Assembly (NCBI GenBank): GCA_021821445.1
Contig: JAKACK010000002.1
Location: 3,224 to 67,223 of the forward strand
Reading direction: 5' to 3'
Source of the DNA: Candidatus Micrarchaeota archaeon
Lineage (GTDB): Archaea; Micrarchaeota; Micrarchaeia; Micrarchaeales; Micrarchaeaceae
DNA length: 64,000 bases
Shown: positions 1 through 8,928 of the stretch, in pieces
Position numbering within the stretch: the first letter of the stretch is position 1
Layout of the letters: every line of letters starts with the position of its first letter
Program-made: the position numbers and the translations under genes
The notes under the pieces: generated by a model
Seen by the model: only the letters and a program-made list of their open reading frames with translations
Databases searched by the model: none
What the model was told of the DNA's origin: nothing

Positions 1-857
1 ATAGGTAATGTATCTTCAATTGATAAGAAATTTATATAATTGCTATTATAGAAATTTCCAAGGTCTTCTGCAGATTGATTATAATGTGCAGGTGCCCAAT
101 ATAAGGTTGGTAAATCATGGTCACCAAATGATGAATATCCTTTAAATAAATTAGAGAAATTTCCGAATCTACCTAATGCTAAAGCCATTGCCCACCTATT
201 TTCTCCACAAAATATACAGGTTATTGATCCAAGATAGATAACTGAAGGCTTTCCATTTACTACTATAGAGTGATTTAATTTCACCACTTCAGGGTTTGAT
301 CCAATAGCTGAACCGAATATACTACTGCCAAATGATCCATTAAGTATCATTTCTCCAGCAGTTTCAAAATAACTATCATTTGCATTATTAAATATAGCTA
401 ATTCACTTGAATTGAATGGCTGATTTATATTTGTTAATCTGCTTCCAAATGATTGATTGGCTTTTATTATTGGATCTTCCGGTATGGATGTGTTAGGTCT
501 TATTAATTTTGAAGTTATATTTATATTTGGGTCACTAATTCCTTTTGGTTGGGCAGATACTGAAGTATTTGTAGATAAATGTAAACCAGATATTTTATTT
601 GATAATTGGTTTAATTGACTTGAAAGACTAAAGTACACTAAGATTATTATTATGAGTAAAATCAGAGAAGATAAATATGGTAAGTATTTGTTATAATCCA
701 CTTTATTCTGTTTATTCTCAATTTTTTCATCAGAATTTTCAGATTGACCCGCTTTCATTGGTTCATATCTTAATTCTTTTTGAGTTTCATTTGTATTATT
801 TGCATTAGAAGTTTCTGTTTCATTTGTATTATTCTCAATTTTTTCATCAGAATCTAT
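1..857 (-). CDS. DUF929-family membrane-anchored thioredoxin-like protein (runs off window edge; absent from ORF track)
   Basis: Manual translation gives an acidic repeat N-terminus, one TM helix (YLPYLSSLILLIIIILVYF), then NGKPSVIYLGSITCIFCGENRWAMALALGRFGNF, the CxxC...RW...AL.RFGNF signature. SD AGGTG precedes ATA at 857. First in-frame ATG is at 758. Confidence 0.8.
   Translation of the reverse strand, partial: MDSDEKIENNTNETETSNANNTNETQKELRYEPMKAGQSENSDEKIENKQNKVDYNKYLPYLSSLILLIIIILVYFSLSSQLNQLSNKISGLHLSTNTSVSAQPKGISDPNINITSKLIRPNTSIPEDPIIKANQSFGSRLTNINQPFNSSELAIFNNANDSYFETAGEMILNGSFGSSIFGSAIGSNPEVVKLNHSIVVNGKPSVIYLGSITCIFCGENRWAMALALGRFGNFSNLFKGYSSFGDHDLPTLYWAPAHYNQSAEDLGNFYNSNYINFLSIEDTLP
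712..853. repeat. Perfect 25-nt direct repeat (712-736 and 829-853) encoding SDEKIEN twice; inner 17-nt repeat (784-800, 817-833)
   Basis: ttattctcaattttttcatcagaat occurs twice, 117 nt (39 codons) apart. Confidence 0.9.
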
Positions 858-945
858 AGTAACACCTAATTTGCTTTAATTATATTCATTTTTTATTAAT
901 ATATTTATAACTTTACTAAAAAAATTTATTATAGGTGTAAATTGT

Positions 946-1764
946 TTGGAAACGCGGGAAAAGGAAGTATCACTTTATAAATTAAAAGATTATGATTTTA
1001 GTGTATTTGACCTAATAGATGCGCATTGTCATTTAGATCAGTTAACTTCCGAAGAGATATCTGATTCTTTAAAGTATATTGATATTATGTTAACAAATAG
1101 TGTTGATTTAATTTCATGCATAAAAAATTTAAAATTAGTTGATAATAAACATATTTTTGCCCTTATGGGGATACACCCAGAGTTTGCTTTAAAGTTGAAG
1201 AATTATGAGATTGATTATATAGTAAATTTTATAAGGGAGAATAAAGCAAGAATAAAAGGCATCGGAGAGATTGGGTTAGATTATAGTATTGCAAAAAACT
1301 TAAAAACAAATATACTTAAGCAAAAAAGGGTTTTTGCCAAAATGCTAAAATTAGCAAATGAACTTGATTTACCTGTATCTGTACATTCTAGAGACGCAAT
1401 TGATACGGTACTTGATATGCTGCATAAATATAAAATAAAAAAAGCGCATATACATTTCTTTGAGGGGGATGAAGAACAAGCAATGCGTACTGTTAATTAT
1501 GGGTATATGATATCTATACCACCATTGATTTCTAAAAAAAGAGTAAGAGCTATAAAAAGTGTGCCTATTGAAATGCTTATGGCAGAAACAGACTCCCCTA
1601 CAGCAGGATCTTTACCTAAAAATGTTATTGAATCTGTAAAGATTATTGCGGAAGCAAAAAATATAGATAATGAGACTGCTGCTAAAATTTTAACACACAA
1701 TACGAAAAGATTTTTTAACCTCAATGATCCAACAACGGCATTTTTAAGAAATTCTAAAAAATGA
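946..1764 (+). CDS. tatD: TatD-family hydrolase/nuclease
   Basis: Motifs DAHCHL, GIHP, IGEIGLDY, VHSR, HFF, ETDSP. Exact start is uncertain. Confidence 0.93.
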   Translation: METREKEVSLYKLKDYDFSVFDLIDAHCHLDQLTSEEISDSLKYIDIMLTNSVDLISCIKNLKLVDNKHIFALMGIHPEFALKLKNYEIDYIVNFIRENKARIKGIGEIGLDYSIAKNLKTNILKQKRVFAKMLKLANELDLPVSVHSRDAIDTVLDMLHKYKIKKAHIHFFEGDEEQAMRTVNYGYMISIPPLISKKRVRAIKSVPIEMLMAETDSPTAGSLPKNVIESVKIIAEAKNIDNETAAKILTHNTKRFFNLNDPTTAFLRNSKK

Positions 1765-1842
1765 AAAGTATTAATAAATATGTAATTAAAATAATTCATA
1801 TTAAGTGTTTTTATGTTTCGTTTTAATTTCTTATTAATTTAT

Positions 1843-1917
1843 GGGCCCGTAGCTCAGCTTGGACAGAGCGGCAGCCTTCTAAGCTGATGGTCACGGGTTC
1901 AAATCCCGTCGGGCCCG
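1843..1917 (+). tRNA. tRNA-Arg(UCU), no intron
   Basis: Acceptor GGGCCCG/CGGGCCC, anticodon loop CTTCTAA, T-loop GTTCAAATC. Confidence 0.97.
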
Positions 1918-2008
1918 CTTATACAATATGATTACATATAGAGCCCAAAATGTTACCTTTTTTAACATAGTTTTAACATGGAGAAGTGTTGAGAGAGGAA
2001 TATCGAAT

Positions 2009-2566
2009 TTATCTATCCTGTTCTTGTTTTAGATCACGTTCTAAACGCTTAATGGTAAGGCCTAAGAAGCTGATCTCTTGAACTCTAGGTGCAAGAAGTA
2101 ACACAATTATAACACCCCCTAATATTATGAGATTGCTATCTAAAACAATTACTTTGACTTCACTTAAAACTAACATAATAAATGTAAGCAATGCTAATAC
2201 TTCTGTATAACGTTTAAATTCATCTATCGCTTTTGTATACTTATTTTTCTTGACTTTTATTAGATCAAAACCCATTTTGTTTTTATTATTAGGGATGACT
2301 AAAAATGCTTCTATTGACTCATCAAAAATTGACAATATCTCCATTATCTCAATTTTTCCCATTTTAACTGAAGAATCGTCTGTTCTAGCTTTGAGTTCAT
2401 AGATCGCCTTTATTTTCCTACTTTCGACATCTATTAAACTAATATCAAATTTATGTCTACACCATTCAACCTCTCGTACTATCTCATATTTATTTTGATT
2501 GATCTCTGTTTTATATTTAGCTTTCAAGAAAGCGACAACTTTATCTGCCAACTCGGATTCTTTCAT
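2009..2566 (-). CDS. Putative PD-(D/E)xK nuclease-like domain fused to two C-terminal TM helices
   Basis: ESELA...REV...FDISLID...IYELK resembles an REase-fold core. Hydrophobic segments VLALLTFIMLVL and LIILGGVIIVLLLA follow. SD GGTG. Confidence 0.55.
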   Translation of the reverse strand: MKESELADKVVAFLKAKYKTEINQNKYEIVREVEWCRHKFDISLIDVESRKIKAIYELKARTDDSSVKMGKIEIMEILSIFDESIEAFLVIPNNKNKMGFDLIKVKKNKYTKAIDEFKRYTEVLALLTFIMLVLSEVKVIVLDSNLIILGGVIIVLLLAPRVQEISFLGLTIKRLERDLKQEQDR

Positions 2567-2647
2567 ATTACACCATCATAATTTGTCCTTATTTAAACTC
2601 TCTTCAATTACTCTCTTTTGTTATTCCCTAAAAACTATAAATCTAAA

Positions 2648-5503
2648 TTATCTGTTTTTAGATTTTTGTTTGCTTGTGCTTTGATTTGTATTCACCTTAA
2701 TATCATCAATTGATTGATATGCTTTACTTATTTTATATTCAGGATCAGATGTTCTAAGTAAGTTTCTAGCTAAGTAATACCTAACATTTGTTGAGCTTAT
2801 ATATTTGTTTTCTTCCCCCATTTCTAGTTTTAAGACTGTACATCCGTTTATTGCACCTTCTGGAAACTCACCAACTGCTATTGGTAAGTATTTCATAAAT
2901 GAGCTAATTGCTTCTTGGGTACTTGGTACTTTTACTATTAATTTTTTACCCTCCCAAACAATTTTTACTATATGGTCATGTCCTGCTATATTTACTAAAG
3001 CAGTAGTCCTCTTTTTTATATTATGTCTTGATAGATCTGTTTCTTTAGCGGCATTTTCATGGGATAATGCAAAATTAACTCCATTTATAGATTTTTCGCC
3101 CGCACCAAAATCTCCTCCGACTATAGCGGTTAATCCTTTCAGAGCATTATCTATATTTTTTACCAATTTCCCAACCGATGCAGATTTTGGATTTGCTTCT
3201 AATAAACCTGCTTTATAACCCTCCAATTTTAATCTTATGGCATTAGTTATAACAGTAGATTCGTCTCTGTGTCCCTGTCCATCTGTTTTATTATAATGAT
3301 TTCCAGATACCGATAGAATAGTTCCTCCTCTTTCAGCTACATCTTTTACCAAATCATAAATTTTATCTAAAAATACCATTACCTGTTCATCTATATTTGG
3401 CATCATTTTTTTTGAATTCAGTTCATAAAATTTAGAAAGTACCTCTGGATTGTTCTTCCTTAGGTAATCCTCAACTTTTGTTTTATTTGCAAGTGAATCG
3501 ACTTCGTTTGGTTCTGCTCCATGATTCTTATAAAATCCATCTAACATATCCCCCATTAAAAATAGTACATTTATTTTTTCTTCTTTCATCTTTTCAACAG
3601 ATTTTGTTATTACCGATATTTCTGATTGATTACCTATATGCGTATCACTTAAAATTCCTAATAAAAGCTCATCCCCCTCGTTTTGATGCTTATTTATTTT
3701 ACTGATTGAGTCTTCTAATCTTTGTTTTATTTCTGGATAATACTTCTTGAGTTCCCAATCTTTTAATTCTGAAGGTAATTTATTTAATGCGACATGTTTT
3801 TCTAGATCTTTATTAGTGTATTTGCTTAAATTGTAATCTATATCTTTATCCTTTATTTTCTCCCATCTATCATTAAGAATTTTATATTCATTCTTAATTT
3901 TTTCATTATATGCCTCTTTTAATTTGTCTGCAGTTATTGTAATATATTCAAAAGGATTCTCTAAATTAGAATGCACTTTAATTATTGACATGTCACTACT
4001 CAATGCACTATTTTGCATAGTTTTGGTATAAGGTGTGTTTATACCCCTATTCCAACATTCAGATACTTTTTCTGGGTCTGTGAATGGACCCTGAGACAAT
4101 GCAACTGTCAGATTTGGAGACCCATTTTCTGATGGTTCTATAGTTAATGATGAAGAATTATTTTTCTCGGATATTACTACAGTATCAAGTTTTTTATTAT
4201 ATTCGCCTTTTAATAAGTCATTTTCATTAAACAAATATGTTTTTTCAATCACATTATTATTATTTGCATTGCTTATAATACCTGAGGATATAGCTGTTAA
4301 ACTTGAAGCAGTTAATAAATTAAATTTGTATTCATATTTTCCACTTCCTAAACTTATAATTTTATTATTTATTACCTTTTTATTTTCATCATTTGATACT
4401 TGGAAGTCTATCTTTCTTTTTCTTCCAAAAGCATCTTTTAAATATCCTAAATAATATAGATTTGATAATTCTGTAAGTATTGCTTGAGATTCAGTATTTG
4501 TTTGGGAATTAGATGCAAATCTATCTATAACCTCGTTTTCTTGATTTGATTTGCTTTCCTCATCCAAATCATTCATTTCTATAATTTTATTTGTAATTAA
4601 TCTTATTGAACTTGATAATGCCTTTGATTCTGCAGTTAACTTGTTTAATTCGGTTGAATCGGATGTTTCTTTAATCTTTTTTGATATTTCTATTGATTTC
4701 TCAGTTTTAGATTTTAAATCTTGTTCAAGCTTATGTTTATTTGCACCATAATTTTGTATTGATGCAAAATAAAGTTTGTTCAATAATTTTAATCTTTTTT
4801 CTGCCTCTGTCTTTTCTTCTCTATTCATATTTTCCTTTATATTTATATTTCTGAGCTCTTTTTCATCATTTTCAAGTTTTTTAATTAAAATCTCCAATTT
4901 TTCATTATACTTTTTAGACCCTTCTGTACTTTTATTATCGGCTTTAAATTTATCTAATGCTACTTTATCTTTATTTCTAATTTGTAATAATTTATTTTTG
5001 GGCTCTTTCATAGAATTTAATATCTCTATACGTGAATTTATTATAAGATTTTCCTCTTCTAATTTTGATTCTAAACTTTCTTTATCATATTTGTGAGATA
5101 ATGCATGTTTATATAACATTGCTAATGTTCCTTTAATTGCTTCTATATTTTTTGTATCGTCATCACCATAAACATAAGTTATATTGCATTTTTCTGGTAC
5201 TGCTTTGATTATTCTTTGCATGATTGGTTTCATAAAAACAGCGGCATCGTGTGGTGTGTTTATTTCTTTAATTGTAGTTGCAGAGTAATTATTATTTCTA
5301 GGTCCACCATTTACAGGTATAAATGGAAGAAGTCCTGAACCTATTATAAGTGTATTCGGTTTTTCATCTGTTTTTAAATTTTCTATATAACTTGCCAAAC
5401 CAATTAAATTTTCTTTACTCATATATTTTTTGGAACCACCAATATTACCTATAGAAAATATTTTGTAAGTATCTCTATTTTTAACCCTTTTTCCACCACC
5501 CAT
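2648..5503 (-). CDS. 951-aa protein: degenerate N-terminal metallophosphoesterase-like region with long coiled coil plus intact C-terminal calcineurin-like phosphoesterase
   Basis: C-terminal motifs LSDTHIG, MGDMLDG, SGNH, LSH, AGHDH. K/E-rich heptads at aa ~135-330. SD GGTGA. Confidence 0.75.
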   Translation of the reverse strand: MGGGKRVKNRDTYKIFSIGNIGGSKKYMSKENLIGLASYIENLKTDEKPNTLIIGSGLLPFIPVNGGPRNNNYSATTIKEINTPHDAAVFMKPIMQRIIKAVPEKCNITYVYGDDDTKNIEAIKGTLAMLYKHALSHKYDKESLESKLEEENLIINSRIEILNSMKEPKNKLLQIRNKDKVALDKFKADNKSTEGSKKYNEKLEILIKKLENDEKELRNINIKENMNREEKTEAEKRLKLLNKLYFASIQNYGANKHKLEQDLKSKTEKSIEISKKIKETSDSTELNKLTAESKALSSSIRLITNKIIEMNDLDEESKSNQENEVIDRFASNSQTNTESQAILTELSNLYYLGYLKDAFGRKRKIDFQVSNDENKKVINNKIISLGSGKYEYKFNLLTASSLTAISSGIISNANNNNVIEKTYLFNENDLLKGEYNKKLDTVVISEKNNSSSLTIEPSENGSPNLTVALSQGPFTDPEKVSECWNRGINTPYTKTMQNSALSSDMSIIKVHSNLENPFEYITITADKLKEAYNEKIKNEYKILNDRWEKIKDKDIDYNLSKYTNKDLEKHVALNKLPSELKDWELKKYYPEIKQRLEDSISKINKHQNEGDELLLGILSDTHIGNQSEISVITKSVEKMKEEKINVLFLMGDMLDGFYKNHGAEPNEVDSLANKTKVEDYLRKNNPEVLSKFYELNSKKMMPNIDEQVMVFLDKIYDLVKDVAERGGTILSVSGNHYNKTDGQGHRDESTVITNAIRLKLEGYKAGLLEANPKSASVGKLVKNIDNALKGLTAIVGGDFGAGEKSINGVNFALSHENAAKETDLSRHNIKKRTTALVNIAGHDHIVKIVWEGKKLIVKVPSTQEAISSFMKYLPIAVGEFPEGAINGCTVLKLEMGEENKYISSTNVRYYLARNLLRTSDPEYKISKAYQSIDDIKVNTNQSTSKQKSKNR

Positions 5504-5695
5504 TGTTTCACCAATTAAAGATTAGAAATTATGCTTTTAAACACTCCTTTTTAAAAAATTTTTTAAAAAAACCATAGGTTTGTAGTTAACTTTTTAAACT
5601 TATTTTACTAATTATAATTTGCAACGAAAATATGTCTATTTTTACAAAAATATCTGCTTTTAAAAACTTATTTTATATTTAAAAACTAGTAAAAG

Positions 5696-5808
5696 TGCAG
5701 GGGGTGAGATTTGAACTCACGAAGGCGCTAAGCCACAGGATCTTAAGTCCTGCGCATTTTTCTGTGACTTTTTTTGCCTTAAGCCAGACCAGTCTCTGCC
5801 ACCCCTGC
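5696..5808 (-). tRNA. tRNA-Leu(UAA) with non-canonical ~29-nt D-loop intron (20/21; about 5759-5787)
   Basis: Acceptor GCAGGGG/CCCCTGC, anticodon arm CAGGA-CTTAAGA-TCCTG, long variable arm. The extra D-loop segment forms a relaxed BHB with intron helix TGGCTT/AAGTCA. Confidence 0.92.
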
Positions 5809-5822
5809 ATATTTAAAAAAAT

Positions 5823-6587
5823 TCATGCATACATAGAAGGTCCTTCTGTATTGTATGAGTCTTTATAAGTTTGATGGTTTTCTTTATTTTTCTTTATTAT
5901 GTCTTTTATTTTACTTTCAACTTCTTTAGCTTCTTTATCCAGTTCTTTTATATCTATATTAAGATTGAGCAACTTATTTATATATTTTATTGCTGATTCT
6001 GCGTACTTTGGGTCAATGATATCCGGATTTACTGGAATTAATATAGTTACATCATTAAGATTATTTTCAATCGCTTTAGTCATCAACAATGCACTTATAC
6101 CAGTTGCGACGCCCTCGTCAATTTGTGATATGCCCAGACTTTTTATATTTTCAAGAAGCTCTTTTTTTGAAGTCATCGCAAATGCCTTTGAGTCCATATC
6201 TGAATTATCCGTATCGTTTTTATCTGAAATCTTATAAGGCATACCATTTACAGATACTACTTCAGATATCTTATTTTCAGATATAAAATCATTTATTTTA
6301 TCACTAACTTCATATATTAATTCCATTGGTATCTGGAATTCTGCAAATATCGTTATAATTTTAAATTTTTCTGAAACATATATTCTTATAGGTGGCATGG
6401 GTATAGTTTTATGTATGGCTATCAAAGGTGGGAATTTATCAGATTCTAAATATCCTGCATAGGTCATTCCAAGTTTATCTATCATATAATTTATTACCAT
6501 AGGTCCTACTAAACCTATACCTGGAAATCCTTCTATAAATGAATAATCTTTAAGATCCATCTTCTTATTCCATTTTATATTAATCAT
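5823..6587 (-). CDS. Proteasome assembly chaperone (PAC2 family)
   Basis: EGFPGIGLVG, FPP, PPIRIY, DPKYA and C-terminal SMYA (HbYX-like). Confidence 0.9.
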   Translation of the reverse strand: MINIKWNKKMDLKDYSFIEGFPGIGLVGPMVINYMIDKLGMTYAGYLESDKFPPLIAIHKTIPMPPIRIYVSEKFKIITIFAEFQIPMELIYEVSDKINDFISENKISEVVSVNGMPYKISDKNDTDNSDMDSKAFAMTSKKELLENIKSLGISQIDEGVATGISALLMTKAIENNLNDVTILIPVNPDIIDPKYAESAIKYINKLLNLNIDIKELDKEAKEVESKIKDIIKKNKENHQTYKDSYNTEGPSMYA

Positions 6588-6745
6588 CTTATCATATTAT
6601 TTTCTCAGTTAAAACTTTTAAATATTCGCTATTTTGACTGGATTTTACTTTTCTTATTGAAAATACATTATTGCTCTCGCAACTACATATAAAAAATAGA
6701 ATAGTTATTTAAATATATCTGACGATAATAATATCGGTGTAAAAA

Positions 6746-6967
6746 ATGGAACAGATTGGAAAAGAACAGATTAAAAGAGAAGCAGGATATCTATATTATC
6801 TAGGAAGTGATGGATATGTATGGAGAACACCTATGAAGTCAAACCCAAGTGGTAAGAAGAGTAAGCTTGGAAAAGAACAGATTAAAAGAGAAGCAGGATA
6901 TCTATATTTTATAAATAAAAAAGGATATGTTGCAAGAAGCAAAATGAATAGAGGAGGAAGAAAGTAA
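6746..6967 (+). CDS. Small basic protein with two internal repeats (GKEQIKREAGYLY); possible nucleic-acid-binding protein
   Basis: SD GGTG and upstream TATA. K/R/G-rich. Function is inference. Confidence 0.8.
   Translation: MEQIGKEQIKREAGYLYYLGSDGYVWRTPMKSNPSGKKSKLGKEQIKREAGYLYFINKKGYVARSKMNRGGRK
6756..6908. repeat. Perfect 42-nt direct repeat (6756-6797, 6867-6908)
   Basis: ttggaaaagaacagattaaaagagaagcaggatatctatatt occurs twice, 111 nt apart. Confidence 0.95.
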
Positions 6968-6981
6968 TTAATCCCTTTTGC

Positions 6982-7380
6982 TTAAAATTCTATTTTTGTA
7001 TTTTTATCAATTTTATAATTTTTTATATACCCTGCACTTAATTCTATGATATATTTCGATTTATACTTTGGATAGTATACAGGACAATTGAACATGCTCT
7101 TACAAGCAGGTATATTCTCCTTTATATCGATAATGGATTTATCTTTATCTAACCAAATTATGTCGATAGGAAAATTCATTTTATACATCCATATCCCATA
7201 TTTACTTTCAGTGGTGAAAATAAAGAGCATACATTCATTTGTATTTATTGATTCTGTATACATTAAACCTACCATGCGTTTAATGAAATTGTCAGAAATT
7301 GATGCATTTAACTCATTATCTCCAATCTTAATTAATTTTTTAACATATTTTTCTCTACTTTTTAAGAATTTCAGTACCAC
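6982..7380 (-). CDS. DUF192 family protein
   Basis: RMVGLMY...MLFIF...IWMYKMNFPIDIIWLD...YIIELSAG. GTG at 7380 follows GTGGGGA. Confidence 0.9.
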   Translation of the reverse strand: MVLKFLKSREKYVKKLIKIGDNELNASISDNFIKRMVGLMYTESINTNECMLFIFTTESKYGIWMYKMNFPIDIIWLDKDKSIIDIKENIPACKSMFNCPVYYPKYKSKYIIELSAGYIKNYKIDKNTKIEF

Positions 7381-7465
7381 TAAATCCCCACTAATAAAAT
7401 AATTCAATTTCTGTATATAATGTTATATTTGATAGGTAAAACTTTAAATAGCATTAACAATTTAA

Positions 7466-7482
7466 TTATAACTGAGTTATAA
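7466..7482. promoter_or_regulatory. Putative suf operator, perfect 8-1-8 inverted repeat TTATAACT-G-AGTTATAA
   Basis: Lies between the TATA box (TTTAAATA, 7443-7450) and the sufB SD, over the expected transcription start. Confidence 0.65.
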
Positions 7483-7491
7483 AGTGGTAAT

Positions 7492-8907
7492 ATGGCAGAG
7501 TTATACAATGAAGTTTTACAGGAAGAAAATGATTATGCTAATAAGTATGGATTTAGCGATAAATTACTTTACGAAGAAATGCAAAAAGGACTTTCAGAAG
7601 ATATTGTCAGATTTATATCTAAAACAAAGAATGAACCTGAATGGATGTTAAATAAAAGGTTGTTAGGATATAAGATGTTTGAAGAAAAACCAACACCTAA
7701 ATGGGGTCCTGATTTAAGCAAGCTCAATTATGACGAAATTTATTATTATAAGAAACCAAAGAATAGTAAAAATGTTGATAATTGGGATCAAGTTCCAGAT
7801 GATATAAAAAAGACGTTTGATAAATTGGGTGTACCAGAGGCTGAAAGAAAATTTTTTGCAGGAGGAGCTGCACAATATGATTCGGAGGTTGTTTACCATC
7901 ATCTTCAGCAGGATTTAGAAGCTAAGGGAGTTATATTTACAGATATGGATACAGCTGTAAAGAAATATCCAGATTTAGTAAAAAAATATTTTGGAAGTGT
8001 TATACCTCCAACAGATAATAAATTTGCAGCATTAAACACGGCAACTTGGTCTGGAGGCAGTTTTATATATGTACCTAAAGGAGTAAAGTTAGCGATGCCA
8101 TTGCAAGCTTATTTCAGAATAAATGCAGAAAGCTCAGGGCAATTTGAAAGGACGTTGATAATTGCAGATGAAGGGGCAGACGTAACTTATATAGAAGGTT
8201 GCACGGCACCTATTTATATAGCATCAGCATTACATGCGGCAGTGGTAGAATTAGTTGCTCATAAAGATGCGCATATAAGATATGTTACAGTGCAGAATTG
8301 GTCTAAAAATGTTTATAATCTTGTTACACAGAGGGCAACAGCCGGAGAGAATGGACATGTAGAATGGATAGATGCGAATATAGGTAGCCAAGCAAATATG
8401 AAATATCCAAGCATATACCTGAATGGTGAAGGGGCAAAAGGAGAAATATTATCCATAGCAGTTGCTGGAAAGGATCAAATACAGGATACTGGAGGTAAAG
8501 TATTCCATCTGGCACCAAATACAACTTCAAAAATTATTTCAAAGAGTATAACAAAAGGAAATGGATTAACAACATATAGGGGATTAGTCCATATAGATAA
8601 AAGAGCACTTCATTCAAAATCAACAGTTAAATGTGATGCTTTACTACTTGATGAAAATTCAAAGACAAATACATATCCATATAATGAGATATACGCAGAT
8701 GATGCATTCATAAGTCATGAAGCTACAGTTGGAAGATTAGGTGAAGATGAATTATTTTATTTAATGTCAAGAGGTTTAAGTGAAGATGACGCTATTGCAA
8801 CAGCAGTACTTGGATTTATACAACCTTTAGTTGATGTACTTCCATTAGAATATTCACTTGAATTGAAAAGACTGATAAAAATGGATACAAGTAATTCCAT
8901 AGGATAA
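7492..8907 (+). CDS. sufB: Fe-S cluster assembly scaffold SufB
   Basis: QYDSEVVY, WSGGSFIYVPKG, GQFERTLII, EGCTAP, CDALL, SHEATVG, YLMSRG. Confidence 0.97.
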   Translation: MAELYNEVLQEENDYANKYGFSDKLLYEEMQKGLSEDIVRFISKTKNEPEWMLNKRLLGYKMFEEKPTPKWGPDLSKLNYDEIYYYKKPKNSKNVDNWDQVPDDIKKTFDKLGVPEAERKFFAGGAAQYDSEVVYHHLQQDLEAKGVIFTDMDTAVKKYPDLVKKYFGSVIPPTDNKFAALNTATWSGGSFIYVPKGVKLAMPLQAYFRINAESSGQFERTLIIADEGADVTYIEGCTAPIYIASALHAAVVELVAHKDAHIRYVTVQNWSKNVYNLVTQRATAGENGHVEWIDANIGSQANMKYPSIYLNGEGAKGEILSIAVAGKDQIQDTGGKVFHLAPNTTSKIISKSITKGNGLTTYRGLVHIDKRALHSKSTVKCDALLLDENSKTNTYPYNEIYADDAFISHEATVGRLGEDELFYLMSRGLSEDDAIATAVLGFIQPLVDVLPLEYSLELKRLIKMDTSNSIG

Positions 8908-8928
8908 ATAAACAGGAGGTTGAAAGAT

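Noticed and set aside
942-980. Possible 12-codon uORF (TTG at 942) overlapping the tatD start
   Set aside because: Both TTGs (942, 946) are within plausible SD distance and there is no independent support.
1918-5695. Integrated element between tRNA-Arg and tRNA-Leu
   Set aside because: No integrase and no duplicated tRNA 3' end (att site) found by eye.
6756-6908. 42-nt repeats as a mini CRISPR array
   Set aside because: Only two copies, in frame inside a protein with duplicated domains. No leader or cas genes.
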